Positions 28,465 to 38,362 of a stretch of DNA of 48,256 nt are shown here, piece after piece (position 1 is the first letter of the stretch; every line of letters begins with the position of its first letter). The notes below the pieces were generated by a model, which ran no database searches, was not told where the DNA came from, and saw only the letters and a program-made list of their open reading frames with translations. The position numbers were made by a program, and so were the translations under genes. Source of the stretch: Candidatus Nanosynbacter sp. (lineage in GTDB: Bacteria; Patescibacteriota; Saccharimonadia; Saccharimonadales; Saccharimonadaceae); the NCBI GenBank assembly GCA_015257605.1, contig JABZJV010000001.1, forward strand, positions 1-48,256. The letters are read 5' to 3'.

Positions 28465-30031
28465 TGACAAGCGTGCTCTCGCATATATTCGCATATCTAG
28501 CCAACGTCAGGTAAACGGCGAAAGCCCTGAAACTCAACTGCAAGCAATAAACAACTTTGCAGCCAACAATTACATCGAGATTGCTAAAACATTCTATGAC
28601 GAGGCTAAAAGTGGCAAGAATACAGACCGCCCCGCACTTAAAGAGCTACTCAAATATGCCGAAAATCACAAAGACGATATTGACCACGTAATCGTCTACA
28701 AAATGAACAGAGCTTCTCGTAATATGACTAGCTACGTGACAGGGTTTCTGCTACCCCTAAAGCGGCTCGGTATATCAATACGCTCCGCAACCGAGCCAAC
28801 CGACGACAGTGTGCATGGGCAGTTTATGGAAATGCTCAACGTGCTGCTTGGCTAGATGGATAATGAAACAAAACGCGCTTTCACTGTAGATAATATGACC
28901 AACCTATCCCTACAGGGCTGGTGGCAAGCCCCAGCAATGGTTGGATATGATGTCTACAAGATACCTAACGAGGTTGGCAAGCTACGGCCAACCCTCAAGC
29001 CAAACAATATGGCTCCACTCGTCAGACAAGTACTGGAACGGTTTTCGGAGGGTAATATTACCAAAGCGGAGCTAACACGCTACGCCGCTTCTATAGGCTT
29101 ACGTAGTCGTTATGGCAAGAAACTGAGTGAAGACCGTATACATGCAATGATAAAGCACGCTATATATGCTGGGTACGTCGCAAACAAGCAGACAGGCTGG
29201 GAGCTGGTAGACGGCAAGCACAAGGCTATTATCTCTCGTGATACATACGAAATTAACCAGAGGCTATTATATAGCAAGCGTAAAAGAGCTGGCGAGGTTC
29301 GCCAAAAGTTTAATCCCGACTATCCACTAAAAGGCTTGGTGCTATGTCCCAATTGTATGAAACCTCTATATGCGTCGGCTCCAAAAACTAGTGCAGGTGG
29401 CAAATCACCTCGCTATCATTGCTCTCGCACTCAGTGTAAAGGCAAATATAAACCAATCAAAGCCGATATAATGCACGATGATTTTGAGAAAATGCTACAA
29501 CGTATCAAGCCAGATGACAGGCTCTTGGCTCTGTATAAAGAGGTATTAGTCACGGAAGCCGCAAACCAACTCGGCAACCTTAACAGCAAGATTAGCAAGG
29601 CTCGCAGGCAACTTGATACTATCGCAGAAAATCGCCTTAATGCTATCAAAAAGTTCAATGCCGACCAACTGATCGTCGATGAAAAGATAGAGTTAGTAAA
29701 CGCATACGATGACGATAAGGCCGTAATCACCGACGAGCTACGCCATCTGGAACGCCAGCAAACAATCCGAGAAACAGATATTGATATTGCTCTTGAGATT
29801 ATGCGAGATGTAGACAGGCAGTGGCTACTTGCGTCGCCAAGTGCTAGAGTGAGGTTCCAAAGCATATTATTCCCACAGGGGTTGGTTTACGACTACGAGA
29901 ACCATAGGTTTGGAACCAGTCAGATTAGTGCATTTTACAGAGTGCTACCAACTAAAAAAGACTCCGAAGAGGCTTCGAAATCTTTCTTGGTAGCGGGGGC
30001 TGGATTTGAACCAGCGACCTCTTGGTTATGA
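28433..30031 (+). pseudogene. Large serine recombinase interrupted by an in-frame TAG (28853-28855)
   Basis: YIRISS nucleophile motif, SGKNTDRPAL, YKMNRASR; recombinase domain (APAMVGY, GKHKAIIS); zinc ribbon CPNC...YHC...C; coiled coil; reads through attR into the tRNA antisense. Confidence 0.9.
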
Positions 30032-30065
30032 GCCAAGCGAGCTGACCAGGCTGCTCCACCCCGCG
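29988..30065 (-). tRNA. Initiator tRNA-fMet (CAT)
   Basis: CGCGGGGTGGAGCAGCCTGGTCAGCTCG...CTCATAA...GTTCAAATCC...CCCCGCTACCA; unpaired C1:U72. Confidence 0.92.
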
Positions 30066-30094
30066 ATACGGGTACTATTATAGCAAACCACGCA

Positions 30095-30571
30095 TCACTT
30101 ATGCAAGCGCGAAGCAGCAGTTTTGCCAGTCAGAAAATCAATCCATTGCTGGAAGTTTGACTTGTGCACGGCAGGCGTATTGTTGCGCGGAGTTGTTTTA
30201 ACATATGATGAGTTATCGTCCTGGCCGTCAAGAGATTTCACTGCAGCGCTATTCTCTGGCAGTATTAGCTGTTTCTCGCCAGGATCTGCCAGACCTAACT
30301 TACTGCGCGCTTCTAGCTCTTTATATTCATCGCTCTTATAATAATTTTGTTCGTATTTCAGCGTCTCTACTTCTAGCTGCGCCAGCCGTAATTGTTGTTT
30401 TTTTTCGTCAAGCACTCGTTGGGCGCTAAAGTTCGTCTGGATCGTCGACATTGTACCCATCACCCAGCTAATCGCAATGATAATCGCCAACAACAGCACC
30501 AATCCATTAAAGTTCGCGTAATTGAACCAGATATAATGCAGTTGTTGGCGTAATCTTTCAACAAGTTTCAT
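30095..30571 (-). CDS. Septum formation initiator (FtsB/DivIC-like)
   Basis: TM + coiled coil + YKELEARSKLGLADPGEKQLIL. Confidence 0.8.
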   Translation of the reverse strand: MKLVERLRQQLHYIWFNYANFNGLVLLLAIIIAISWVMGTMSTIQTNFSAQRVLDEKKQQLRLAQLEVETLKYEQNYYKSDEYKELEARSKLGLADPGEKQLILPENSAAVKSLDGQDDNSSYVKTTPRNNTPAVHKSNFQQWIDFLTGKTAASRLHK

Positions 30572-30626
30572 CTATCAACTATTATAAACCATGAGCGGTA
30601 ATCGAGATAGCGAGATAAAACGACTC

Positions 30627-33600
30627 TTATTGGCGACGACGGATGATAGCGTATACGCCGGCAGCACCGCCTAGCACCAGCACGCCAGCGCCGATAATAT
30701 AACCGTATAGGCTATCGCCAGTTTCAGATAAGCGTCCGCCGTTAGCGGCAGCCTTGCCATTCTTTGCTGGAGCTCCAGGTTGATTACCACCATTAGCTGG
30801 CGTAGTATTCTCCGACCGCTCATAAATTATAACTGGATCGTCGATAACGCCGTTAGCAGTTTTATCCATGTCGCCAAAGCCGCCATCGGTAATTGAGTAT
30901 TCAACAATAGTGCGTTTGCCATCGACTGATGTTTTGAATGCGACTTTCTCGGTAATATCGGTAGCATTAGCGCCATTAATACTGTACTTGATTACTTTTA
31001 GGCGATTAACTTTGTAGATACGCGATAATTCGAGAGTAATTTTGGTAGTATACCCAACTACTGGCTGCGCGTGCCCGTCACAGTTGATTGTAAACTTGGC
31101 CGAGCCCTGCATCTGATAGCCAGTCGGAATATTTTTCGGCTGTTCTACCGCGGTAGCGTTTTTGATGTTGTAACATTTATCACCTGAGGTAGATAGCGTA
31201 ATATTGGTATTGTTTGCTTGGCGAATTGTTTGCTTATTGACAAAGGTTTGGACAACAATCGCATCTAGGCGCGCCTGAAGGTTTGTCTTAACGGCTTGAT
31301 CCTGTACTTTATCGACTAGTGTTCGCGCATGCGCTATAGACTGAGCAGTTTTCTGGCTTTCAGCATCAGCAACAGCTGCCTGCGCGGACGCCTGGGCGTC
31401 AGCTTCTTTCTTCTGAGCGGCAGTAACTGCCGAATTGAGCTGTTGTATCGCGGAACTAATATCAGCTGGCGTCGAGCTAGCAGCGGCCTCAACGTTCTTG
31501 GCATGCTGCAAAGCAGATTTGACTGCAGGATCGTTTCGGATATATGCTGGCTGCGCTTCCGCCCGAGCAATCACGTCGCGCAAAGTAGTCTTGTCTGGCC
31601 GCAAGGCATCGAGAGCTGCTTGCAACTCCGACGCCGCCGCTTGCAGGCGCATTACTGATACTGAAGCATCATTGTAGACTTGTTTAGCTTGCTTAATTTT
31701 AGCCTTTAGCGCATTGACAGTGTCAGCACTCATACCGGTCGTATCGACAGTCTCAGCTTTAGTAATAAGTGTGCCAAGCGTTTGTTTAGCGTTGCTGAGC
31801 TGCTGCGATACAGCGTCAAGACGCACCTGCAGAGCAGATTTAACCGACGCGTCCTGGACAGCGTCAACGAGAGTTTGAGCCGCCGTTACCGACTGCGCCG
31901 TTTTAGCGCCTTCTGCTGCCGCAACCGCATTGGCAGCAGCTGTTTGAGCATCAGTTTCTTTCTTTTTAGCAGCATTAATTGCCGACTTCAAATTATTGAC
32001 AGCTGTGCTAACTTCTGCTGGTGTTGGATTAGCCGCAGCATAAACATTTTTAGCATGTTGCAGGGCAGTTTTAACCGCTGAATCGTTCTTGATATAAACT
32101 GGCTCTTTGTCAGCATCCGCTATAGCTTTGGCTAGCGCTGTCTTATCGGTTTTGAGGTTATCAAGAGCTGATTGCAATTTGGTTTTGGCTTCAGTGAGCT
32201 GCACCACGGTCGACTCTTGGTCGTTATTGACCGCTTTAGCGGCAGCAATCGCGGTATTCAAAGCAGCAACAGTCTCGGCCGCTAGACCATCCGTCGGCGT
32301 ATTCTTCGCCTTGTCAATCAATTTCGATAAGGCTGTCCGCGCATCGGTAATTTCCTGTTTGACGGCGTTGAGCTCATCTTGCATCGCTGATTTCTTGGCT
32401 GGGTCCTGAACGTGCGCTAAAAGTGCCTCTGCAGCGCGAACATCAGCAGGCGACTTACTGTTTTTTGCTTTATCAACCGCCGTCCGTGCGGCCGCCTGAG
32501 CTGCTGTTTCTTTAGCTATTGCGGCGTCAAGTGCTTGCTTGAGATCGTTTGTCGCTTGGCTAATTTCGGCAGGTGTCGGATTTGGTTTAGCAACAACGTT
32601 CTTCGCAGCTGACAGCGCACTGGCTACCGCCGCATCTGCTTTGATATAATCTGCAGAGTTATTCGCGCGATCAATTTGCGCTTGGAGCTGAGCTTTATCA
32701 GCTTTCGGCAGCGTTGCAGACACTGTTAGTTGACCGTTGAATTGGGCGGTAGCAGTGCCAACTGTAACATTCTTGGTCCAAGTTGCCGACAACTCATGAG
32801 CATTATTATCATAAATTGGCGAGACGATTTTGACACGACCAGCCCCATCATTAGCCAAATCAGCGCTGTTGGTTATGGCAACAGCCGTACCCGATACATC
32901 TTTGAGCGGTGATGCAAACGGCGTTGTATTCGTACTCATACGGACGCGCTGATTAGAAACGTCAAGCATAGTCAATTTAGTTAAGCGACCCGCAAACGAC
33001 ATATCGCTAATATTACTGCGGTCTGCCTGCAGCGATGTTAATTGCGTCATCGCGCCAATACTATTCAGATCGTTATCAGTTAACGAGGTTGACGATACTT
33101 GGAGAGTCGTTACTTTAGTAAGTTGCTTTAGAACTTCGCTATGCACTAGCTGCGGCGTACCATTATCAGCACCAGACAGCTGCAATGTCGTCAAGGTGCC
33201 CGCACTCTTGGCAAAATCAGAAATATCAAACGCTGTCGATTTACTATCTACACTTACTTGTGTCAAATGCGTCAGATTAGCTAGCGGCTTGGTCGAAGCA
33301 ATCGGATTACCAGACGCTAAAAGTACGCTTAAGTTAGCCAAATGCGCCAACGGTTCGATCGACGCGACTTTATTATTTGTCATTGTCAACTTGGTCAATT
33401 TTGCTAACGATGACAAAGGCGCCAAATCAGCAACTTCGTTATTGTCAACCTTCAGCTCTTGCAAATTAGTTGCCTTCTCGAGACCTGTTAGATTTTTAAC
33501 TTTAACACCGCCGTCTACGGTAAGTTGCGTCAATTGAGCTAGCTCGTCCACTGTGATATCCTGAGTGCTCGGACGATTGCTATCAAGCGTTTTATTGATA

Positions 33601-35759
33601 GCTGCCTTGAGGCCAGCATCAGGAATATTGACAGTTACTGGAGGTGTCGGCGGAGTCTGCCCGCCCGTCGCATCCATCAGCACATTAACCAGAGCACCAG
33701 CATTTACCGGTACGCCAGCTTTAACAGTTTTGCCTGTTGGGTCAATCGCTTGCGCTACGTCGCTTGATAACGGTTTACCCTTGTTGATAGCTGGGCTACC
33801 TGGTTTGAGATTGTAATTGCTCTTTTTGTAATCGTTATTATTTGCTGCTTCTTTCACGAAATACGGATTATTTGCTCGCGAGCCAAAAGTATCAAGCGAA
33901 TGCGCATCGCGGCCGTCAATCGAGTTCGACAATTTTGGATTATTCGCGATATCAGAAGCTCTGCTTATAACTGTATCAGTCTTTGAAGGAATCTGTTTGA
34001 AATCCCACACCGACAAATTTATATCGTCTGATTCGTTACGGTAATATACATTATAATCAAATCCTTTGAGCATATCGTTGGCATCGACATACGGTCTATT
34101 TTGATCATTCTGAGATCCTTCAACACGCAGTGAATACGCGCGTTGATAATTACCGCCAGAAAGATCCTCTGCTCGAGCTAACGGCCGCGAAGATATAATG
34201 TTGTTATACAATTCAACGCCCGAAGTATTCCAATCTAGGCCCAGCCCCTGCGACCAACTTTCGTTAGCTACACAGGACCCACCTTTCCAATAATTGCATC
34301 CGTCAATACGACTATCTTCAAATATGTATATTGGCCGATAAGTGCGAGATATGGTATTGTTATACACCTTAACATCATCGCTGCCGGCTACACGAATGCC
34401 CGTACCGGAACTTTCGATTATATTAGAAGCAATTATACCATTACCAGAAACTTCATACATGATAGCAAGCGGAGAATTAGTAAAGAAGTTGCCAACGATT
34501 TTCGTTTCTACGCAACCCTCATCGCACCAAAAGCCAATCATACCTTCGCTATTAGCGTTGGCAGCAGTAGAATACGCTTTAGTGTCGCGAGAATAATCAA
34601 CAATATTATTACGGAATGTGAAATTTCGCGTATGCGTAACTTTGATATCAGCCATCGTACAATAAGCTCCGCAGCCAATCGTCAAGAAACCTTCCGCGTT
34701 GTTGCCATATAATTCACCGTTAGTAAATACTGTGTTGTGGGATTTGTTAGCCCCAACTCCCGAGCCGCCATTATCTATCGCCTTTACGCCGCGCGCCGTC
34801 GACGACTCTGCTTTGTTAAAGAACAGGCCTTGGCTTGCACTTTGGGTAACAATCATGTCTTGAACTAGCGAGCCAGATCCATTAATACTCACCGCAGTTG
34901 GACCCGAATAAACCCCTCTGTCAGCGGCAGGATCGTAAGGATCATTAAAACCCCAAACCTGAACAGGCGAATACTGAGCAACGTTAATGCCTTTCACGGA
35001 AACGTTTTTGCCAGTACTAGTGAAAGCTCGCGCCCGCTCTGATATCTCGGTTACGCCGCTAGCTGGATTCTTGCCAATATAATAAGATATCGCATCTTGC
35101 TGGCCAATATTATAGCCGTCTGCATTATTGTTAGGGGTTTTGAGTGTAGTAGGAGTATTGTCTTCGACATAAAAAGTATTACTACCAGGCGTTACCTCTA
35201 CTTTGGTTTTAACCTGCTTTAGCGGCTCGTCATTAATGAAGACCTGTTCTGGGTAGGCCGCGGTACCTTCAACGCTTGGATTGGCATTTGTGGTACAAAC
35301 ATGACAGAAGTTGTGATAATTCCCAGTTGTTTTCCATATGCCATTTTCACTAGTCCATGAATTTACGACATCGCTACCCTTTAACCAAACTTCTGCCCCC
35401 GGTGCCGCTTGAATAGTCACATTATCGCCAGAGATGAAAAAATGCGGTTCACGATAAATACCCGACTTCGCGACTACTGTACCGCCACTACCAATAGAGC
35501 TGAGAGCTTTCTTAAAAGTAGCGTACGGCGAACCCTCGGAGCCATTACCTGAAGTGTCGTTGCCATTCGGTGCTACCCACGCGACATTACTCGTTGGGAC
35601 GGTGTAATTGGTTTTAATAAAAGAGTACTTTTTGTTGAGCTGCGACGCCTGAGCTCGCGGCAAATTCACCAGCACCAAACTTAATGCCGCAATGAATACG
35701 GTTATTCCAACGCCAATACGGCGATATTTATATTTGATATTTTTCCTGTGTATTTTCAT
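30627..35759 (-). CDS. Large surface protein: right-handed beta-helix, internalin-like LRRs, Ala-rich helical repeats, C-terminal anchor
   Basis: Signal peptide; WVAPNGNDTSGNGSEGSPYAT; Asn-rich beta-helix; IPDAGLKAAI + LRRs; three ..DK..L...I..A....YI..D.AV..AL..AKNV repeats; ITDGGFGDMDKTANGVIDDP; LSETG + TM + RRRQ. Confidence 0.85.
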   Translation of the reverse strand: MKIHRKNIKYKYRRIGVGITVFIAALSLVLVNLPRAQASQLNKKYSFIKTNYTVPTSNVAWVAPNGNDTSGNGSEGSPYATFKKALSSIGSGGTVVAKSGIYREPHFFISGDNVTIQAAPGAEVWLKGSDVVNSWTSENGIWKTTGNYHNFCHVCTTNANPSVEGTAAYPEQVFINDEPLKQVKTKVEVTPGSNTFYVEDNTPTTLKTPNNNADGYNIGQQDAISYYIGKNPASGVTEISERARAFTSTGKNVSVKGINVAQYSPVQVWGFNDPYDPAADRGVYSGPTAVSINGSGSLVQDMIVTQSASQGLFFNKAESSTARGVKAIDNGGSGVGANKSHNTVFTNGELYGNNAEGFLTIGCGAYCTMADIKVTHTRNFTFRNNIVDYSRDTKAYSTAANANSEGMIGFWCDEGCVETKIVGNFFTNSPLAIMYEVSGNGIIASNIIESSGTGIRVAGSDDVKVYNNTISRTYRPIYIFEDSRIDGCNYWKGGSCVANESWSQGLGLDWNTSGVELYNNIISSRPLARAEDLSGGNYQRAYSLRVEGSQNDQNRPYVDANDMLKGFDYNVYYRNESDDINLSVWDFKQIPSKTDTVISRASDIANNPKLSNSIDGRDAHSLDTFGSRANNPYFVKEAANNNDYKKSNYNLKPGSPAINKGKPLSSDVAQAIDPTGKTVKAGVPVNAGALVNVLMDATGGQTPPTPPVTVNIPDAGLKAAINKTLDSNRPSTQDITVDELAQLTQLTVDGGVKVKNLTGLEKATNLQELKVDNNEVADLAPLSSLAKLTKLTMTNNKVASIEPLAHLANLSVLLASGNPIASTKPLANLTHLTQVSVDSKSTAFDISDFAKSAGTLTTLQLSGADNGTPQLVHSEVLKQLTKVTTLQVSSTSLTDNDLNSIGAMTQLTSLQADRSNISDMSFAGRLTKLTMLDVSNQRVRMSTNTTPFASPLKDVSGTAVAITNSADLANDGAGRVKIVSPIYDNNAHELSATWTKNVTVGTATAQFNGQLTVSATLPKADKAQLQAQIDRANNSADYIKADAAVASALSAAKNVVAKPNPTPAEISQATNDLKQALDAAIAKETAAQAAARTAVDKAKNSKSPADVRAAEALLAHVQDPAKKSAMQDELNAVKQEITDARTALSKLIDKAKNTPTDGLAAETVAALNTAIAAAKAVNNDQESTVVQLTEAKTKLQSALDNLKTDKTALAKAIADADKEPVYIKNDSAVKTALQHAKNVYAAANPTPAEVSTAVNNLKSAINAAKKKETDAQTAAANAVAAAEGAKTAQSVTAAQTLVDAVQDASVKSALQVRLDAVSQQLSNAKQTLGTLITKAETVDTTGMSADTVNALKAKIKQAKQVYNDASVSVMRLQAAASELQAALDALRPDKTTLRDVIARAEAQPAYIRNDPAVKSALQHAKNVEAAASSTPADISSAIQQLNSAVTAAQKKEADAQASAQAAVADAESQKTAQSIAHARTLVDKVQDQAVKTNLQARLDAIVVQTFVNKQTIRQANNTNITLSTSGDKCYNIKNATAVEQPKNIPTGYQMQGSAKFTINCDGHAQPVVGYTTKITLELSRIYKVNRLKVIKYSINGANATDITEKVAFKTSVDGKRTIVEYSITDGGFGDMDKTANGVIDDPVIIYERSENTTPANGGNQPGAPAKNGKAAANGGRLSETGDSLYGYIIGAGVLVLGGAAGVYAIIRRRQ

Positions 35760-35867
35760 ACTCCTACCTCACTTGGGTTATATACTTGACATAGTAGCAT
35801 AAGCAAATCGAGCCAGTCAACAAATAATCTGTACGTCGTAATGATTTTACGCTATAATATCAGCAAT

Positions 35868-35943
35868 GGGGGCGTAGCTCAGGGGTTAGAGCAGCGGGCT
35901 CATAACCTGTTGGTCGTTGGTTCGATCCCAACCGCCCCCACCA
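35868..35943 (+). tRNA. tRNA with CAT anticodon, probably tRNA-Ile2 (lysidine)
   Basis: GGGGGCG/CGCCCCC acceptor, CTCATAA loop, A73, CCA; the other two CAT tRNAs fit fMet and elongator Met; TATAAT upstream. Confidence 0.85.
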
Positions 35944-36071
35944 CCATAATCAACCACAGAAATCAAAAAACCTCCCTTAGGGTAATCAGGGAGGTAATTT
36001 TGTGCACCTGTTTGTTTACATATCTAGATTAGCAAACTTGCTATCTAAACGCAAGCACTTTGCCACCACAA

Positions 36072-36101
36072 AAAACCCTCAGCTGACAAGCCGAGGGTTT
36101 T
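36072..36101. terminator. Intrinsic terminator downstream of the 68-aa gene
   Basis: AAAACCCTC...GAGGGTTTT. Confidence 0.7.
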
Positions 36102-36115
36102 AAAAAAAGCAAAAT

Positions 36116-36322
36116 TTATTTCTTCTTAGAAACTGTCAGAAAGCCATTGCGCGGGTTTTCTTTAACGACGCGATCCTCTGGCAAGTCGCATGGTTCGCCT
36201 TTTTCGTTTTTCTCTACCTTAGTGAAAAAATAGATAGTTTGCGGTTTACCGCCGCGAAGTGTAACCTCAGTTTTGTGTAGATAATAAGTGACGCCCTTTG
36301 AATTCGTGTGCTTGTAAGCCAT
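36116..36322 (-). CDS. Small basic conserved hypothetical protein
   Basis: MAYKHTNSKGVTYYLH...IYFF...ENPRNG; AGGAGG SD. Confidence 0.85.
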   Translation of the reverse strand: MAYKHTNSKGVTYYLHKTEVTLRGGKPQTIYFFTKVEKNEKGEPCDLPEDRVVKENPRNGFLTVSKKK

Positions 36323-36414
36323 TGTTTTATACCTCCTATTAGTATTGGTTTACATCTGTTAGCTTATCGTAACCTGCATTGAGTGTCAACACTTTACACC
36401 CCTAGCCGTACCAG

Positions 36415-37041
36415 TCAAGCAGCTCGATATTTATAGCGCAATAATAGGTGTAATATTACAAGGCTAATCAAACGCAGTACTATAACTACCAAAATCACTA
36501 CCGCCAAAACTATCGACCAGCCAGCAAAATCAGGCGTCCAAAGCGGCGACGTATATTCGTGGCGGTATAGTTCGGTGTTGGGCAATTCTGGGTCTTTGAG
36601 TTTGTCAGAGGTGGGATATTTTGATAATTCATTAACAAAACATTGAATATAAGCCATCGACCAACCGCTATATTGCGGATGGCAAACTGCTTCAGCCTGA
36701 GCATGAACTCTTGCGTTCTCGGACGACGCCGCCGAAGCTCTCTGGATAGCCGCTTGCGAGTCGCGCTCATACTGATGCTGTAGATAAATCACGCCGCTGC
36801 TGGCATTCATATGCGTGGTTGAGTAACGCTGCAAATCTTGCAGACGATTAAATATTTGTGTTTCGTTGCCTGATTTGTCGGCTGTCGCCACAGCACTGCG
36901 GCGCTGTATCATGCCAACATTATTAATACGCAAAAAAGTTGCCGCTACAAAACAAACTAGTACAAACAAAATCAATAATTGCCAGGTCTTGACTCGCTCA
37001 AGACGCCGAAGATTTCGCCTCGCCACGCGTTTATCGGCCAT
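36415..37041 (-). CDS. Membrane protein (2 TM)
   Basis: N- and C-terminal TMs around a soluble domain (LRINNVGM, SPLWTPDFAGW). Confidence 0.8.
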   Translation of the reverse strand: MADKRVARRNLRRLERVKTWQLLILFVLVCFVAATFLRINNVGMIQRRSAVATADKSGNETQIFNRLQDLQRYSTTHMNASSGVIYLQHQYERDSQAAIQRASAASSENARVHAQAEAVCHPQYSGWSMAYIQCFVNELSKYPTSDKLKDPELPNTELYRHEYTSPLWTPDFAGWSIVLAVVILVVIVLRLISLVILHLLLRYKYRAA

Positions 37042-37104
37042 TATTCCCGCCCTTCATTACTTAATAGTATACCACGAGCAGCTTGATTGCGTTATAGTAG
37101 AAGT

Positions 37105-38358
37105 ATGAATATTTATTTCTCTGGCATTGGCGGCGTCGCTATCGGACCGTTAGCTGAATTATCTCATGACGCCGGGCATAGCGTACAAGGCTCGGACGCG
37201 CACTCGAGTCTAGAAACTAGCGAGTTAATGCAGCGCGGCATTGTCGTTACTGATGACCAGTCTGGCGATTATCTAGAATACTGCCATAAGCAGCGCCGTA
37301 TCGACTGGCTCGTTTACACCGCCGCCTTGCCCGCTGACCACCCAGAGCTAGTGAGAGCGCAAAAATTAGGCATTTACACAGCTAAGCGCGACGAGCTGCT
37401 ACGCTACATTATGAGCGAGAAGAATCTCAAGATGATCGCTATTGCTGGCACTCACGGCAAAACAACAACTACCGGCATGATGATTTGGGTGCTGCGCCAA
37501 CTCGGCGTCCCAATCAGTTATTCAATTGGCACCACTATCAGTTTTGGGCCGAGCGGGCACTACGCACCGAACAGCGAGTATTTCATATATGAGTGCGATG
37601 AATTCGATCGCAACTTCTTGCATTTCAGCCCACACCTTTCGCTGATTACTTCTATTGATTACGATCATCCCGATACGTACCCAACTCAAGCCGCTTATAC
37701 CAGAGCTTTCCAACAATTTCTCGGACAAAGCGAACTATCTATTCTCTGGAAAAAGGACACCCTTACCGGTCTAGAACCAGTTAATAAATCTTGGGTGCTC
37801 AAAGACGAGGAAGTTAAAAGTTTTCGCATTCCAGGCTGGCATAATCGAGCCAACGCCACGCTGGTTGCCAAAGCCTGCGAGCGGCTAAAGCTGGGTAATC
37901 CTGATATCGTGAAGGTTGCCGTCGAGAATTTTCCTGGTACGCAGCGGCGATTTGAACGCTTGGCGCCTGGACTGTACTCCGATTATGGCCACCATCCAGC
38001 CGAAATATACGCTACGCTGCAAATGGCGCACGAAATATCCCGTGAAGTAACTCTTGTTTACCAGCCGCACCAAAATGTTCGTCAGCACGAAATTCAATCA
38101 ATGTACACAAACGAAGTTTTTCGCTACGCTGACAGCGTATATTGGCTGCCGACATATTTGACGCGCGAGAATCCGGATTTACCGATACTGACGCCTGCAG
38201 ACTTAACTAAAAACCTCACCCGCCCCGAAGTACATATTGCCAGCCTCAACGATGATTTGTGGAAGTCTATCATGCTTGACCGCGAGTTAGGCAAACTAGT
38301 CCTCTGCATGGGCGCTGGCACCATTGATGAGTGGCTGCGGCAGCATCTGAAGATTTAG
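37105..38358 (+). CDS. murC: UDP-N-acetylmuramate-L-alanine ligase
   Basis: IYFSGIGG, IAGTHGKTTTT, ECDEFD, DYDHPD, PGTQRRFE, DYGHHPAEI, YQPHQ, MGAG; start ATG 37105. Confidence 0.85.
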   Translation: MNIYFSGIGGVAIGPLAELSHDAGHSVQGSDAHSSLETSELMQRGIVVTDDQSGDYLEYCHKQRRIDWLVYTAALPADHPELVRAQKLGIYTAKRDELLRYIMSEKNLKMIAIAGTHGKTTTTGMMIWVLRQLGVPISYSIGTTISFGPSGHYAPNSEYFIYECDEFDRNFLHFSPHLSLITSIDYDHPDTYPTQAAYTRAFQQFLGQSELSILWKKDTLTGLEPVNKSWVLKDEEVKSFRIPGWHNRANATLVAKACERLKLGNPDIVKVAVENFPGTQRRFERLAPGLYSDYGHHPAEIYATLQMAHEISREVTLVYQPHQNVRQHEIQSMYTNEVFRYADSVYWLPTYLTRENPDLPILTPADLTKNLTRPEVHIASLNDDLWKSIMLDRELGKLVLCMGAGTIDEWLRQHLKI

Positions 38359-38362
38359 AGTT

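Larger units (their letters stand above)
22728..29994. mobile_element. Serine-recombinase integrative element (defence island) at the tRNA-fMet 3' end
   Basis: Direct repeat TTTCTTGGTAGC at 22728-22739 and 29983-29994 (includes the last 7 nt of the tRNA); recombinase at the right end; all genes on + strand. Confidence 0.88.
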
